64,000 nt of DNA from a virus (lineage: Duplodnaviria > Caudoviricetes), in the IMG/VR virus record IMGVR_UViG_3300032038_000034, positions 1 through 64,000 of that record; one strand, 5' to 3'. The notes under the pieces were generated by a model. That model saw only the letters and a program-made list of their open reading frames with translations, did not search any database and had not been told where the DNA came from. The stretch's first letter is position 1; every line of letters starts with the position of its first letter. Position numbers and translations under genes: made by a program. This document shows positions 44,197 to 53,520 of this stretch, one piece after another.

Positions 44197-44658
44197 ATGA
44201 AATTAATAACAACGTTTCTGTGTGCGCTCGCATTTGCCATCGCAGGCATTTCGCTGGCGGATACAGAAGCAAACAAGACGTTAGCTCTGAAACATCAGAC
44301 GCTAAACGCAGCGACCATTACCGCTCAGCCGGTATTGCCTGCGCTGAATTTCGGGACTCGGGTGAATCCGAGTGTGAAAGACAAAACGGAGAAAGAGTAT
44401 GTCCCATATGAGGTAATCGTAGTTAAGGACACTACTGCAAAAGCTCCGAAAGTAATAACCAAGAAGCTCAAGGGTAAGCGTACACCACCAAGGGCTACTG
44501 TAAAGCGTCAGGGATACAGCATTCCAGCTGCAATTCCTGATTCTGCAGTCCAAAACCAAGTACGTGAGGTTCGTGAGGAGCATACCTCGGACAGTGTTGG
44601 ACCTCCTAAAGGTTCCATTTGCCTTATTGTCGACGATAAGGTAGTCTATAAACGATAA
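44197..44658 (+). CDS. Hypothetical exported protein
   Basis: Signal peptide MKLITTFLCALAFAIAGISLA. Confidence 0.75.
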   Translation: MKLITTFLCALAFAIAGISLADTEANKTLALKHQTLNAATITAQPVLPALNFGTRVNPSVKDKTEKEYVPYEVIVVKDTTAKAPKVITKKLKGKRTPPRATVKRQGYSIPAAIPDSAVQNQVREVREEHTSDSVGPPKGSICLIVDDKVVYKR

Positions 44659-44659
44659 T

Positions 44660-46790
44660 CACTCCGGTGTGGGGGATGCATGAGGATTTGTGTGTCCCCC
44701 GGCCAGATTGGCAACACGTCAGAGCTATGTAAACGGTCTCATTAGCCGGGCTCGAAATAGTACAACTTGATCTGAGAATATGTTAGCCTGCTCAACAGGT
44801 GAGAAATGCAAAAGGTAGGATGAAATGCTGTAAGTTTATGCGTACTACATAACTGAATCGCTTACAGTAAGAGGACAGAGCGTTTGTATCAAGTCCTTTG
44901 GCCCTTGAGAACCGACTGGTGAAGGATAACCATAAAAACGCGTAAGACCCCTAGGGGCAAAATGATGCCGTATTCGACACACTAACTGATGATACATAAG
45001 GTTAGCATAACGATACAGGAGTTGCAACATTAAGTTTGACACCAACCACTTAATGATGTATCAATAAGCTGTAGCTTAGTCCTTCATCCGGGCTCTTCGG
45101 AGGTCCAACCGGATGTGTAAGGGAGTGAAAATTATCTGAGTATATTCGCCTAGCAGAAGGTGTGACTGTCTGCGCCGTACCGTAACTACGGTCCTTGGAG
45201 AAATCCTTGCCGTTCGATTCGTGCACAACTCCGTTGAAGGGGTGCCAGGGATGGGGTACAGAGGAAAATATGATGAAGATGACCGCCAGGCCTTGGTCGT
45301 TCATGCGGTATATAAAAGTAGAATGACTGCCAGTGGATGCAACACTTGAAGTTCTTGTGGTTCTGGAGCCCAAGGATGCGCGACTGAAGCCCGCGAAGAA
45401 AGGCTATTGTAAATGATAACACGCATTGGTAAGCGAATGTGATGTTTGAAATAGGAAATGCAATTAGATGACAACTTGACAGTCAGACGTTTGTTTTGGG
45501 TGGTCGATTCGAAGCCTATACATTCCAGTATAGAGGGAGATCGCTTCCTTCGAAAGTAAGATGATAGTTAGATGACGAACTGTATGCGATATACCGTCAT
45601 ACTTTATCGGGAGAAGATTCTAACGAAGATAATACGTAGTAGAAAACAAAAGAGATATTAACATGTTTAACAAAAATTGATGTTCCCAGCTGGTGGAAGG
45701 AATAAAGACAACTTTGTATGTATGCGCCATCACGCCTGGAGTTCGAGTGCCAACCGTTCCTGAGAAGCAAGTAGCAGAATGAGATACAACGATCGCTATC
45801 TAAGCTTGAGTCGCCAAAAGAGCAATCGAATAGGTAGCCGTGGGTAGCGACTTGAAGTAGGACAGCAAATCCTTTGTAGTCCATAAAGCAATATACATTT
45901 AATCGATGGGCAGCTTATCGTGAAGTTATTAGCCACCTCCCTGTCTCGGAGGGGTAAAGAAAATGAGTAATTAGTCTGTCGAAAGACAGTTCGCTGATGA
46001 AAAGGATTCGGCAAATATGAATCTTTAAGTGGGTGACAAGAAGCGATGTATGAGGTGAAATCCCTCCAGTATTCGTGCACTATAAACAAATGAGGCAAGC
46101 ACTTGCCAAGAGAAGAAAACAAGCCGTAGAGTTATTTGGTTCTGGAGCCTAGACTGTCCGATAACGAAGCACGTCCCGTGCAATGACACACGCACGTCAT
46201 GATGAAAAGGGAAAAGGTAAACAGTAGCGTACGCCTTAAAGTATGCGACATCAGAGAAAATCTGTGGTTAAGTAACAATCACTGTGTAATAACTCGTAGT
46301 AGCTTGGGAAATATACTTACAGAGAAATTACGCAATCTTTTGAGGGGTCCTATGAGCATTAGTTGGCCTAGCCAAAATTTTGCCAACGGACAAAAAGACG
46401 TCGGAACTAGTACGCAAGGAACGTATTCGATGCATGTTTTACGAAAAATAGACATAACTACATATGGTTCTAGTAAACTTAGTGATTGAATTCACATATT
46501 CAGCATTTAAAGCTTTAGCACCTGTTGATGATGATGGGCATGGATGATTCTACCGTTGAATCCCCGTTACACGAGTTGAGCTTCATTTTAAGGAATATAG
46601 AAGTGTAACTAGTCGTCAATAAAAACGTGCTTCCCATTAGCACAGCAACTGAAAACATAATAGGTTGAACAAACCGCATCCAGTAGAACCTCCGAGTCGG
46701 ATGTAAAACTATTTTAGAGGTCACGGACACACCCAGAAGTGTCCATAGTTTTTAATCTTATCGTTGGTGGATCAACCACGATATCAAACA
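44660..46790 (+). ncRNA. 2.1-kb non-coding, hairpin-rich region with internal duplication (large RNA candidate or pair)
   Basis: No credible ORF; repeats GGWGAAATCC..ATTCGTGCAC (45197/46054) and TGGTTCTGGAGCC (45358/46137). Confidence 0.55.
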
Positions 46791-46802
46791 GGATAAGAAA
46801 AA

Positions 46803-47477
46803 ATGAGTAACGAAAAAACAATTGATGTAAACATCAAAACCGTATTGGCCGACAACCGTCAGGCCGCAAGTTTAATTGGCGCGCTGATTGGTAAGGCTTA
46901 CGCCAAAGTAGAAAGCCGCGACTGCTGGCAGGGTGGTAAAGAAGGTTTCGAGAACGATAAAGCCAAGGCAACAGCTCCTGGTGCAGCAGGTCTCATTCTC
47001 AATCGCTCTCCTCGCAAGTTCATGTTGAAGATTCAGGACATCCTCGGCGCCCAGATGTACGTACAGCCTCTGACCAAGCAGGTCGGCGTTGTAGTAAATC
47101 TGGACAGTTCCAATGGTTCCTACGACATGTTCTTCCCGCTGGACGGCTCTAACCCCACTGTCGCTGAGAAGCCTATGGCAGAAGCCATTTCTGATGCTCT
47201 GAAGGGTGAAGGTCAGAACTTCTTCCTGGAGCCCTCTAAGGTTGTCGCTGTTGTCAACGAGGGTAACCGCGCTGAGGTCAAGAACATTGACACTCTGATC
47301 GGTGCTCTGAACAAGATGAAGCAGAACATCATCACGACAATCAACGAGAACGAGAAGAAGGCTATCGAGATCGATAAGGAGTGGGCCACTTCTAAGGTTA
47401 ATGGTGTTGACATCAAGGATGTCGTAGCCAGCGCATCTAGTGCTGTACTCAACGTTCATACTGCTACTGAGGAATAG
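46803..47477 (+). CDS. Abundant hypothetical protein; ends in TAG
   Basis: 224 aa, biased codons; TAG GTA TGA. Confidence 0.85.
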   Translation: MSNEKTIDVNIKTVLADNRQAASLIGALIGKAYAKVESRDCWQGGKEGFENDKAKATAPGAAGLILNRSPRKFMLKIQDILGAQMYVQPLTKQVGVVVNLDSSNGSYDMFFPLDGSNPTVAEKPMAEAISDALKGEGQNFFLEPSKVVAVVNEGNRAEVKNIDTLIGALNKMKQNIITTINENEKKAIEIDKEWATSKVNGVDIKDVVASASSAVLNVHTATEE

Positions 47478-47479
47478 GT

Positions 47480-48070
47480 ATGAACAAAAAGACCCTCACA
47501 AACAGATCTATCCAGCTGATTGGTCTGTTGATGTTAGATGAAACAATTGCAGCCAAAGTTAAGGCTGCGGCTAGCGAGGGCAAATCATTTGAAATATTTG
47601 AAGTTGATGACACTACAGGAGTTATTACCCTGGGTGTCACTCGCTTCAGATGGTGGAATCAACTCATCGGATGTCAGGTAAAACTGCCATTCACGAGTTG
47701 GGCACTTGCCGTATGGGATGCCCTTGTGAGTCTTTCTAAAAATGGCAACGCTGTTGCTATTGAAGAAGGGCTAAGTGTGGAAATCGCTAAGAAAGCACAG
47801 CGCGAAAGTGAGTTTAATTGGGTTGTGGAACGACTCAACGATATCTATGATCATGTAGTTAACAATAAGAACGGTGGAGCGTCTCTCGAGGGAGACCCGG
47901 GGAAGTCAGGCCCAAGCGTAGTCGTTCGCGAACATGATCACGGAGAAACGGTGGTAAACGTACACATAAACAACGAAACTCCTCGCGTGTTCCGCTTTCC
48001 TGACGCAACAGGTAAAGCATTTCTTGACTTAGAAATGGGTATTGTAAACGTAACACGATCGCGGAAATAA
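47480..48070 (+). CDS. Hypothetical protein
   Basis: 196 aa track ORF. Confidence 0.75.
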   Translation: MNKKTLTNRSIQLIGLLMLDETIAAKVKAAASEGKSFEIFEVDDTTGVITLGVTRFRWWNQLIGCQVKLPFTSWALAVWDALVSLSKNGNAVAIEEGLSVEIAKKAQRESEFNWVVERLNDIYDHVVNNKNGGASLEGDPGKSGPSVVVREHDHGETVVNVHINNETPRVFRFPDATGKAFLDLEMGIVNVTRSRK

Positions 48071-48086
48071 CGATCCCGTGGGATCA

Positions 48087-48252
48087 GTTCATATAATATC
48101 GAGGTATAATATGAACACTCTAAGAAACTGTTATACAGCAATACTTGGTTCTTTGCCGAGAAATGTATTAAATAAAAAACAATCTCATCTATAATACTCG
48201 AGGGTATTCGGGGAGTAGGGGATCGAGGTCCCCCTCCCCAGAGATTTGTTTT
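48087..48252 (+). promoter_or_regulatory. Structured leader with three UCGAGG-loop hairpins
   Basis: TCGAGG loops at 48099, 48198, 48223 on three different stems. Confidence 0.6.
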
Positions 48253-48344
48253 GCTTTGTATTAATTTGTTTTGATGCAAGGTACGTGTAGGTAATCTCGA
48301 ATTCAACTAATTAACGGATGTCTAACTAAATCAAATGTTTATAT

Positions 48345-48887
48345 ATGACGAAATCAATTAAGTTGAACGCGAGTAAGATTATTTCTATCCGACAGGATAT
48401 TGATAGCAAGAAGAAGAAGTACTGGAGCTATATTAAAGCCGAGAACCTTATGAGTAAAAAGGACATTAAGAATGGCTACCGTACACACGATCTGAAGAAT
48501 CTTTATAATGAGATTACTCAGATGGCACAGAAGCTTGTATACATCAAGGGTATGTTGTTCTACCTGAATATGGGTATCACAACCTTTGATAAGGAGGCTT
48601 TTAAGAAGACCAACAATTATAGTATTTTCATGGCCTGCGAGATGAAGGAGGCCATCTGTCAGCTCAAGATGATTCCTACCCTGGACCAGAAGACTAAGGC
48701 TCAGAAGGGTCTGAAGAATATTGGTAAGGAGGAGGTATTCACTTCTGCAAAGATTGCTTCTATGATTAAGGAGTTGCAGTTGAAGGCTAACAAGTTCGAT
48801 ACTGACATGGAGAAGTTTAATAGCGATACAACAATCACTATCGACGAGACTATGATTCCTATGGTAGAGACTGACTTGACAGCATAG
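48345..48887 (+). CDS. Helical hypothetical protein; ends in TAG
   Basis: 180 aa, biased codons. Confidence 0.8.
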   Translation: MTKSIKLNASKIISIRQDIDSKKKKYWSYIKAENLMSKKDIKNGYRTHDLKNLYNEITQMAQKLVYIKGMLFYLNMGITTFDKEAFKKTNNYSIFMACEMKEAICQLKMIPTLDQKTKAQKGLKNIGKEEVFTSAKIASMIKELQLKANKFDTDMEKFNSDTTITIDETMIPMVETDLTA

Positions 48888-49004
48888 AAAATAATCCCGA
48901 TCAGAAAGCTGGTGCATGTGTTTATACACATGAGCGGATCGTTCCCGTAACTGATCACAATATTTCCCAATAAATAACATGTTTAACAAATTCATTTATC
49001 AAAG

Positions 49005-49175
49005 ATGAAAACAAGATACAAACAACTTATCGTTTCATTTGCTCTGTCTAACGAAAGATTAGAGCGAGAAACAAAAGATTACGATATCCTTCATGTCGTA
49101 AACACTACCGAAGGTATCGTATACGTAATGAAGAAGAAAAGCTTCATTAAGAGACTTATTAACAAGATTTTTTAA
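49005..49175 (+). CDS. Small hypothetical protein (56 aa)
   Basis: MKTRYKQLIVSFALSNERLE...KRLINKIF; TTATCAAA leader. Confidence 0.55.
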   Translation: MKTRYKQLIVSFALSNERLERETKDYDILHVVNTTEGIVYVMKKKSFIKRLINKIF

Positions 49176-49195
49176 TTTAATTATATTATCAAAAT

Positions 49196-49909
49196 ATGAG
49201 TAAGAATAACACCGTAGACACTGCCCAGAAGGGTCAGACTGCAACTAAGAATAATATCCCCACAGGTAAAGTAAAAACTCTTGCTGACGCTACAGAGCGT
49301 CGTAAGACACGTGAAGAACAGTTCCGTAATTTCCGTATCAACGCCTTGCGTCGTCGTTGTAAACGCATGGGCTTCGATGAGGAGAAGACGGAAGAGCTCG
49401 TAAAGAAGCTCATAGAACAGATGAATGCTCCCAAAGAGTATAACATCGTAGTAATGTTCGATAACTCCGACTATAACATGCTTAAGGAAGCTGTTGAGAA
49501 CGCCAAGATTAAATACAACGTTCTGATAAGCGGAAACACCAAGGCCCGAGTATCACTTGCATACATGTCTCTTGAGGGCGACCAGAATGTTCTGGCCAAG
49601 TTGCGAGAGATTGCACCGCCTAGCGCCAAGATATATCCGTATGCCAAGAAGATGGAATCCGTGCTGCCAAAGGCAGAGCCGAAGAAGAAGAAACCTTCTA
49701 ACAACAGTAAGGAGAAGGCCGCTGCTGTAAAAGCTGCACGCAAGGAGAAGAATATTCACATCCATCGCAGCAAGAAGACCGGAAAGGTCACTAAGAGAGT
49801 AGTGCTAAAAACGCTCTCTGCCGTGAAGAAACGTAAGCCTAGTGTAGTTGTCCACCTGAACCCTAAAAAGGCGTCAGAAGGCTCTAAAACAGCTAAGAAG
49901 GCCGCTTAA
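49196..49909 (+). CDS. Lys-rich hypothetical protein
   Basis: 237 aa; histone-like basic tail. Confidence 0.8.
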   Translation: MSKNNTVDTAQKGQTATKNNIPTGKVKTLADATERRKTREEQFRNFRINALRRRCKRMGFDEEKTEELVKKLIEQMNAPKEYNIVVMFDNSDYNMLKEAVENAKIKYNVLISGNTKARVSLAYMSLEGDQNVLAKLREIAPPSAKIYPYAKKMESVLPKAEPKKKKPSNNSKEKAAAVKAARKEKNIHIHRSKKTGKVTKRVVLKTLSAVKKRKPSVVVHLNPKKASEGSKTAKKAA

Positions 49910-49938
49910 CGTATGTTTAACTTAATCGCAGAAATAAT

Positions 49939-50712
49939 ATGGGAAGTAGCAACGTACGTATTAAGGTTCGTAGAAGAAAAGTAGCGAATCTTGCAGCCTA
50001 TAGCCGTCAGCATACCGTTAACAATATACCAAAGAAGAAACCAACGTTTGAACAGAAGGATCTTCTCAAGGTAGAGTTCAATGATGGTAAGGATGTACAT
50101 TTTGTACAAAAGAGCACCAAATGGGACGAGAAAAAATATCCACAACCTAAGAATCTCCGTAAGAGATGCCACGGCCAAAAGTGGGTAAAATACAAAGACG
50201 GTACCGTAGAACTTAAGAAGTGGGATCATCCGTCAGAGTTCCCTAATCCACGCGACTATCAAAAGAAGTTGTGGAAGAACCTAGGCAAAGCCGCCAAGAT
50301 GAAGGCATATGAGGACGAGAAGATGAAGAAATGGGAGCGTAAGCACCCTAAGCCTTGTCCTACTGACGACCTCTTTAAAGACGAATTTATCCCTATGTGG
50401 GAGAAGGAACGTGAAGAGGCCTTGATACGCATTAGAGACTTCGTCGTCTCGATGTTTGACAAATTACCGCTGACTGGACGCTTTAAGATGAGCGAAAAGA
50501 ATGCGGTCTACCAAGAGAAGAAGATAGCCGACATAAAGGATATCAACGGGGAAGGTCATAAAGTAAACGAACTTGGACCTGAATCCAAACTTCTCAATAA
50601 GGCCCAAAAGATTACTAATAAGACACACGCGAAGAATCCTTCGCTAGTGGCTACTAATCTGAAGGACCACAAGCGCAAGAAAGGTCGTATGATATTGCCA
50701 AAAGCGGCATAA
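49939..50712 (+). CDS. Lys/Arg-rich hypothetical protein
   Basis: 257 aa, very basic. Confidence 0.8.
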   Translation: MGSSNVRIKVRRRKVANLAAYSRQHTVNNIPKKKPTFEQKDLLKVEFNDGKDVHFVQKSTKWDEKKYPQPKNLRKRCHGQKWVKYKDGTVELKKWDHPSEFPNPRDYQKKLWKNLGKAAKMKAYEDEKMKKWERKHPKPCPTDDLFKDEFIPMWEKEREEALIRIRDFVVSMFDKLPLTGRFKMSEKNAVYQEKKIADIKDINGEGHKVNELGPESKLLNKAQKITNKTHAKNPSLVATNLKDHKRKKGRMILPKAA

Positions 50713-50929
50713 ATACGATAGATAAAAGATAGGAATAGGTACACCTCTCAATGATGTGTAAAATACTGATAAATATGCGTATCGGCAGACCTAAGAGTGT
50801 AGGGATCGCTATTTGGTTAATGGTTAATGTCACTCTATTGCCAGGATAAATCCAAGTAAACTCCGATGTCCTATCTTTCTAATATAATGCACAGTAAAGC
50901 CTCTACATAGTACGTAACTGTGTGTAAAA

Positions 50930-51003
50930 GAGTGAGTTAGCTCAGTTGGTAGAGCAGCGAGTTAAGTCGGCTATGTCGCAGGTTCGAGCCCTGCACTCAC
51001 TCC
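50930..51003 (+). ncRNA. tRNA-like RNA with defective anticodon arm
   Basis: GAGTGAGT/ACTCACTC stem; normal D and T arms; anticodon arm AGCGA-GTTAAG-TCGGCT (6-nt loop, bulge). Confidence 0.65.
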
Positions 51004-51030
51004 TAGTATTAACTAAAGAACCTATGAGTC

Positions 51031-52923
51031 ATGTGGATACGAAATCGAATAGTCTACGTATACGACGTAGAGATATTCCCTAATTGTTTCCACTGTTGCT
51101 GTAAAGATACAGAGACCGGTAGACTATACAAATTTGAAATATCAGAAAGAAGGAATCAGCTAGAAGATCTAGTTGATTTCTTTTATTATACACACGAAGA
51201 TTATTTCAAATTGTTTTGTGGTTACAATAATCATCACTATGATGATGTAATCATAAACTATATGATAGACTACAGGAAAAAACTAGCAAGTTTACCTTAC
51301 TGGAAAATTTGTAATTCTTTGTTTAATCTATCTACTACGATAGTGGAAGACGAAGATGGGAGCCGTGAGAAGCTCAAACGATGGAAGTATGCACATTGCT
51401 TCGAATCGATGGACTTGCTCACAATGCAGTTTAGTCAAAAGCTTAGAGTGGGTTTGAAAACCATGCAGGTTACAATGCACTATAAGAATGTCTATGAGTA
51501 CGAAGGAGACTTCGATCAACCTTTGCCTGTAGATAAAATTGACGAAATGATAGCATACAACATAAACGATGTTGAGTCGACTACAGAGTTATTAAACCGC
51601 TTGAAAGAGCAAATCGATTTGAGGTTGTTTATCGAGAAAGAACACGGCATAGATTGTCTTTCTATGGACAGTGTTAAGATGGCAGAGACCTTCCTGTTAG
51701 AAGAATATTCTAAGAAGTCAGGTATTCCTAAAAATGTTATAAAGGAAATGCGTTCTCCTATGGATTATATTCCGTTGAAGGATGTTATTCTGCCATTTAT
51801 AAAATACAAAAATCCAAAGTTACAAGACGTTCTTGAGGATATGAAGAAACAGGTCGTATACTCTAAAGAGCGCAAAGGCTATGAGAAGAAGTTTGTTCTC
51901 TCAAATGTGGTGTATTCAGTAGGTGTAGGTGGAATCCATTCCATCCACACTCCAAAGATATTCCTCCCTAAAGATGACGAGCACATTGGACACGCCGATG
52001 TTACGTCCATGTATCCGTCCTTATTGATTAAATATCAATTTGGCCCTCGTCACTTAGGAAAACTTTTTTGCGATATATTCGAAGGTATTTACTATGAACG
52101 AATAGAAGCAAAACGTACTGGTCAAAAGATTAAGAATCTGTTTCTAAAGATCGTGCTTAATTCTCCTACAGGAAAGATGCAACAGGAGGTAAGTTGGATG
52201 TACGATCCGTTCAATGTTTTTAAGATTAGGATAAACGGTCAACTAATTCTTTTAATGCTCGTAGACAGGCTTTTAGAGCTCGGCTGTGAAATTATACAGG
52301 TGAACACTGACGGCGTTGTCTACAGGGCTAAAAACAGCCTTAAAGATGGAATTGAGAGAGCCATTAAAGAGGTAGAACAGATCACTCAACTTGGTTTTGA
52401 AGTGGATGAGTACGAAGCATTCTATCAATATGCCATCAATGACTACTTTGGGGTCATGAAGGGATATTCAGAGTCGAAAGACCCAGATCTGATAGAGAGA
52501 AAAGGTATGTTTATAACTAAAACAAAGCTTGGGAAGGGATTAGCACCTGTAATCATTCCCAAAGCTGTTATAGAATACTTTGTCAACAAGATACCGGTGA
52601 CAGAAACTATTGAGAAGGATAGAGATATCCGTGATTTCTTAATGTCTCAAGCTGTAGATAAGAAATTTAAAGTTGTACACGGTGAAAAACCTATACAACG
52701 TATCAATAGATTTTATGCAAGCACAGATGGTCCTTATCTCTATAAAGTAGATCCAAATGGAGACAGAGATAAAACCAATATGTTAACTAAATCAGGAGTA
52801 ACAATCCTGAATAAATTTGATGATACCCCGATAGAAGATCGCAAGATTAACTATCGTTACTATATCAGTGAAGCCAAAAAAGTGATAGCAGACTTTACTG
52901 AACAACAGCTATCGTTATTTTAG
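51031..52923 (+). CDS. polB: DNA polymerase, family B
   Basis: ExoI YDVE, ExoII GYNNHHYD, ExoIII YNINDV, motif A DVTSMYPS, motif B KIVLNSPTG, motif C NTDG; C-terminal QQLSLF; ends TAG TAA. Confidence 0.95.
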   Translation: MWIRNRIVYVYDVEIFPNCFHCCCKDTETGRLYKFEISERRNQLEDLVDFFYYTHEDYFKLFCGYNNHHYDDVIINYMIDYRKKLASLPYWKICNSLFNLSTTIVEDEDGSREKLKRWKYAHCFESMDLLTMQFSQKLRVGLKTMQVTMHYKNVYEYEGDFDQPLPVDKIDEMIAYNINDVESTTELLNRLKEQIDLRLFIEKEHGIDCLSMDSVKMAETFLLEEYSKKSGIPKNVIKEMRSPMDYIPLKDVILPFIKYKNPKLQDVLEDMKKQVVYSKERKGYEKKFVLSNVVYSVGVGGIHSIHTPKIFLPKDDEHIGHADVTSMYPSLLIKYQFGPRHLGKLFCDIFEGIYYERIEAKRTGQKIKNLFLKIVLNSPTGKMQQEVSWMYDPFNVFKIRINGQLILLMLVDRLLELGCEIIQVNTDGVVYRAKNSLKDGIERAIKEVEQITQLGFEVDEYEAFYQYAINDYFGVMKGYSESKDPDLIERKGMFITKTKLGKGLAPVIIPKAVIEYFVNKIPVTETIEKDRDIRDFLMSQAVDKKFKVVHGEKPIQRINRFYASTDGPYLYKVDPNGDRDKTNMLTKSGVTILNKFDDTPIEDRKINYRYYISEAKKVIADFTEQQLSLF

Positions 52924-52953
52924 TAACCAACTTAGAGCCCCCGAGTCAATAGT

Positions 52954-53520
52954 ATGATTATTGAAGTAAATACAAGACTTCTGGATGCAAATCCAGAACT
53001 GAATTCAAATCAATTATTGTTCCTAAGTATTGTATTGGATAAGAATCAGCCAAAATATCAAGACGTCCAAAAGGTCATCAACCTTGTCAGTGATGACGAT
53101 ATACAGTACTTAGTCGACCAACATTTGGTCACCTCGATAGAGAGAGGTGATTCAGTTACATATGAGCCAACGGAAGAGTTAAAGCAAAGTATAGCACCTA
53201 AGAAGGACTATTTTGACCTCTTCTACGATATGTATCCCGTGTATGTTGTTCGAGCAGATGGCAGTAAATCTTATTTGCGTGCGAACGTAAACAAGTGTCG
53301 TCATTTCTTTAACCTCAAATGTGGTCGTAGCTCAGCTATGGCAGAACATATCATCAAGTGTCTGGATTATGAAATATCTAAACGGATGCGTGAAGGTAGC
53401 CTTAGTTATATGATGACTATGTGGAATTGGTTAACACGTAGTCAATGGGAGGCCATTGAAGATGAAATGAACGACAAGAAGCAAACACCAGTAAACTCTT
53501 ATGGAACAGAACTTATCTAA
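52954..53520 (+). CDS. Replication-associated protein (putative initiator/helicase loader)
   Basis: Between PolB and DnaB; FDLFYDMYP...WNWLTRSQWE pattern. Confidence 0.6.
   Translation: MIIEVNTRLLDANPELNSNQLLFLSIVLDKNQPKYQDVQKVINLVSDDDIQYLVDQHLVTSIERGDSVTYEPTEELKQSIAPKKDYFDLFYDMYPVYVVRADGSKSYLRANVNKCRHFFNLKCGRSSAMAEHIIKCLDYEISKRMREGSLSYMMTMWNWLTRSQWEAIEDEMNDKKQTPVNSYGTELI

Noticed and set aside
46199-46489. 96-aa ORF and other short ORFs in 44845-46730
   Set aside because: No codon bias or leader motif; they overlap hairpin-rich sequence and are likely spurious.
42896-48995. Long antisense ORFs 42896..43963, 46872..47459 and 48354..48995 (also 38818..39342, 6291..6869, 57661..58329)
   Set aside because: Mirror frames of highly biased sense genes; no motifs or start context.
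50930-51003. Ochre suppressor or tRNA-Leu(UAA)
   Set aside because: The anticodon loop is 6 nt with a bulged stem, so no anticodon can be assigned.
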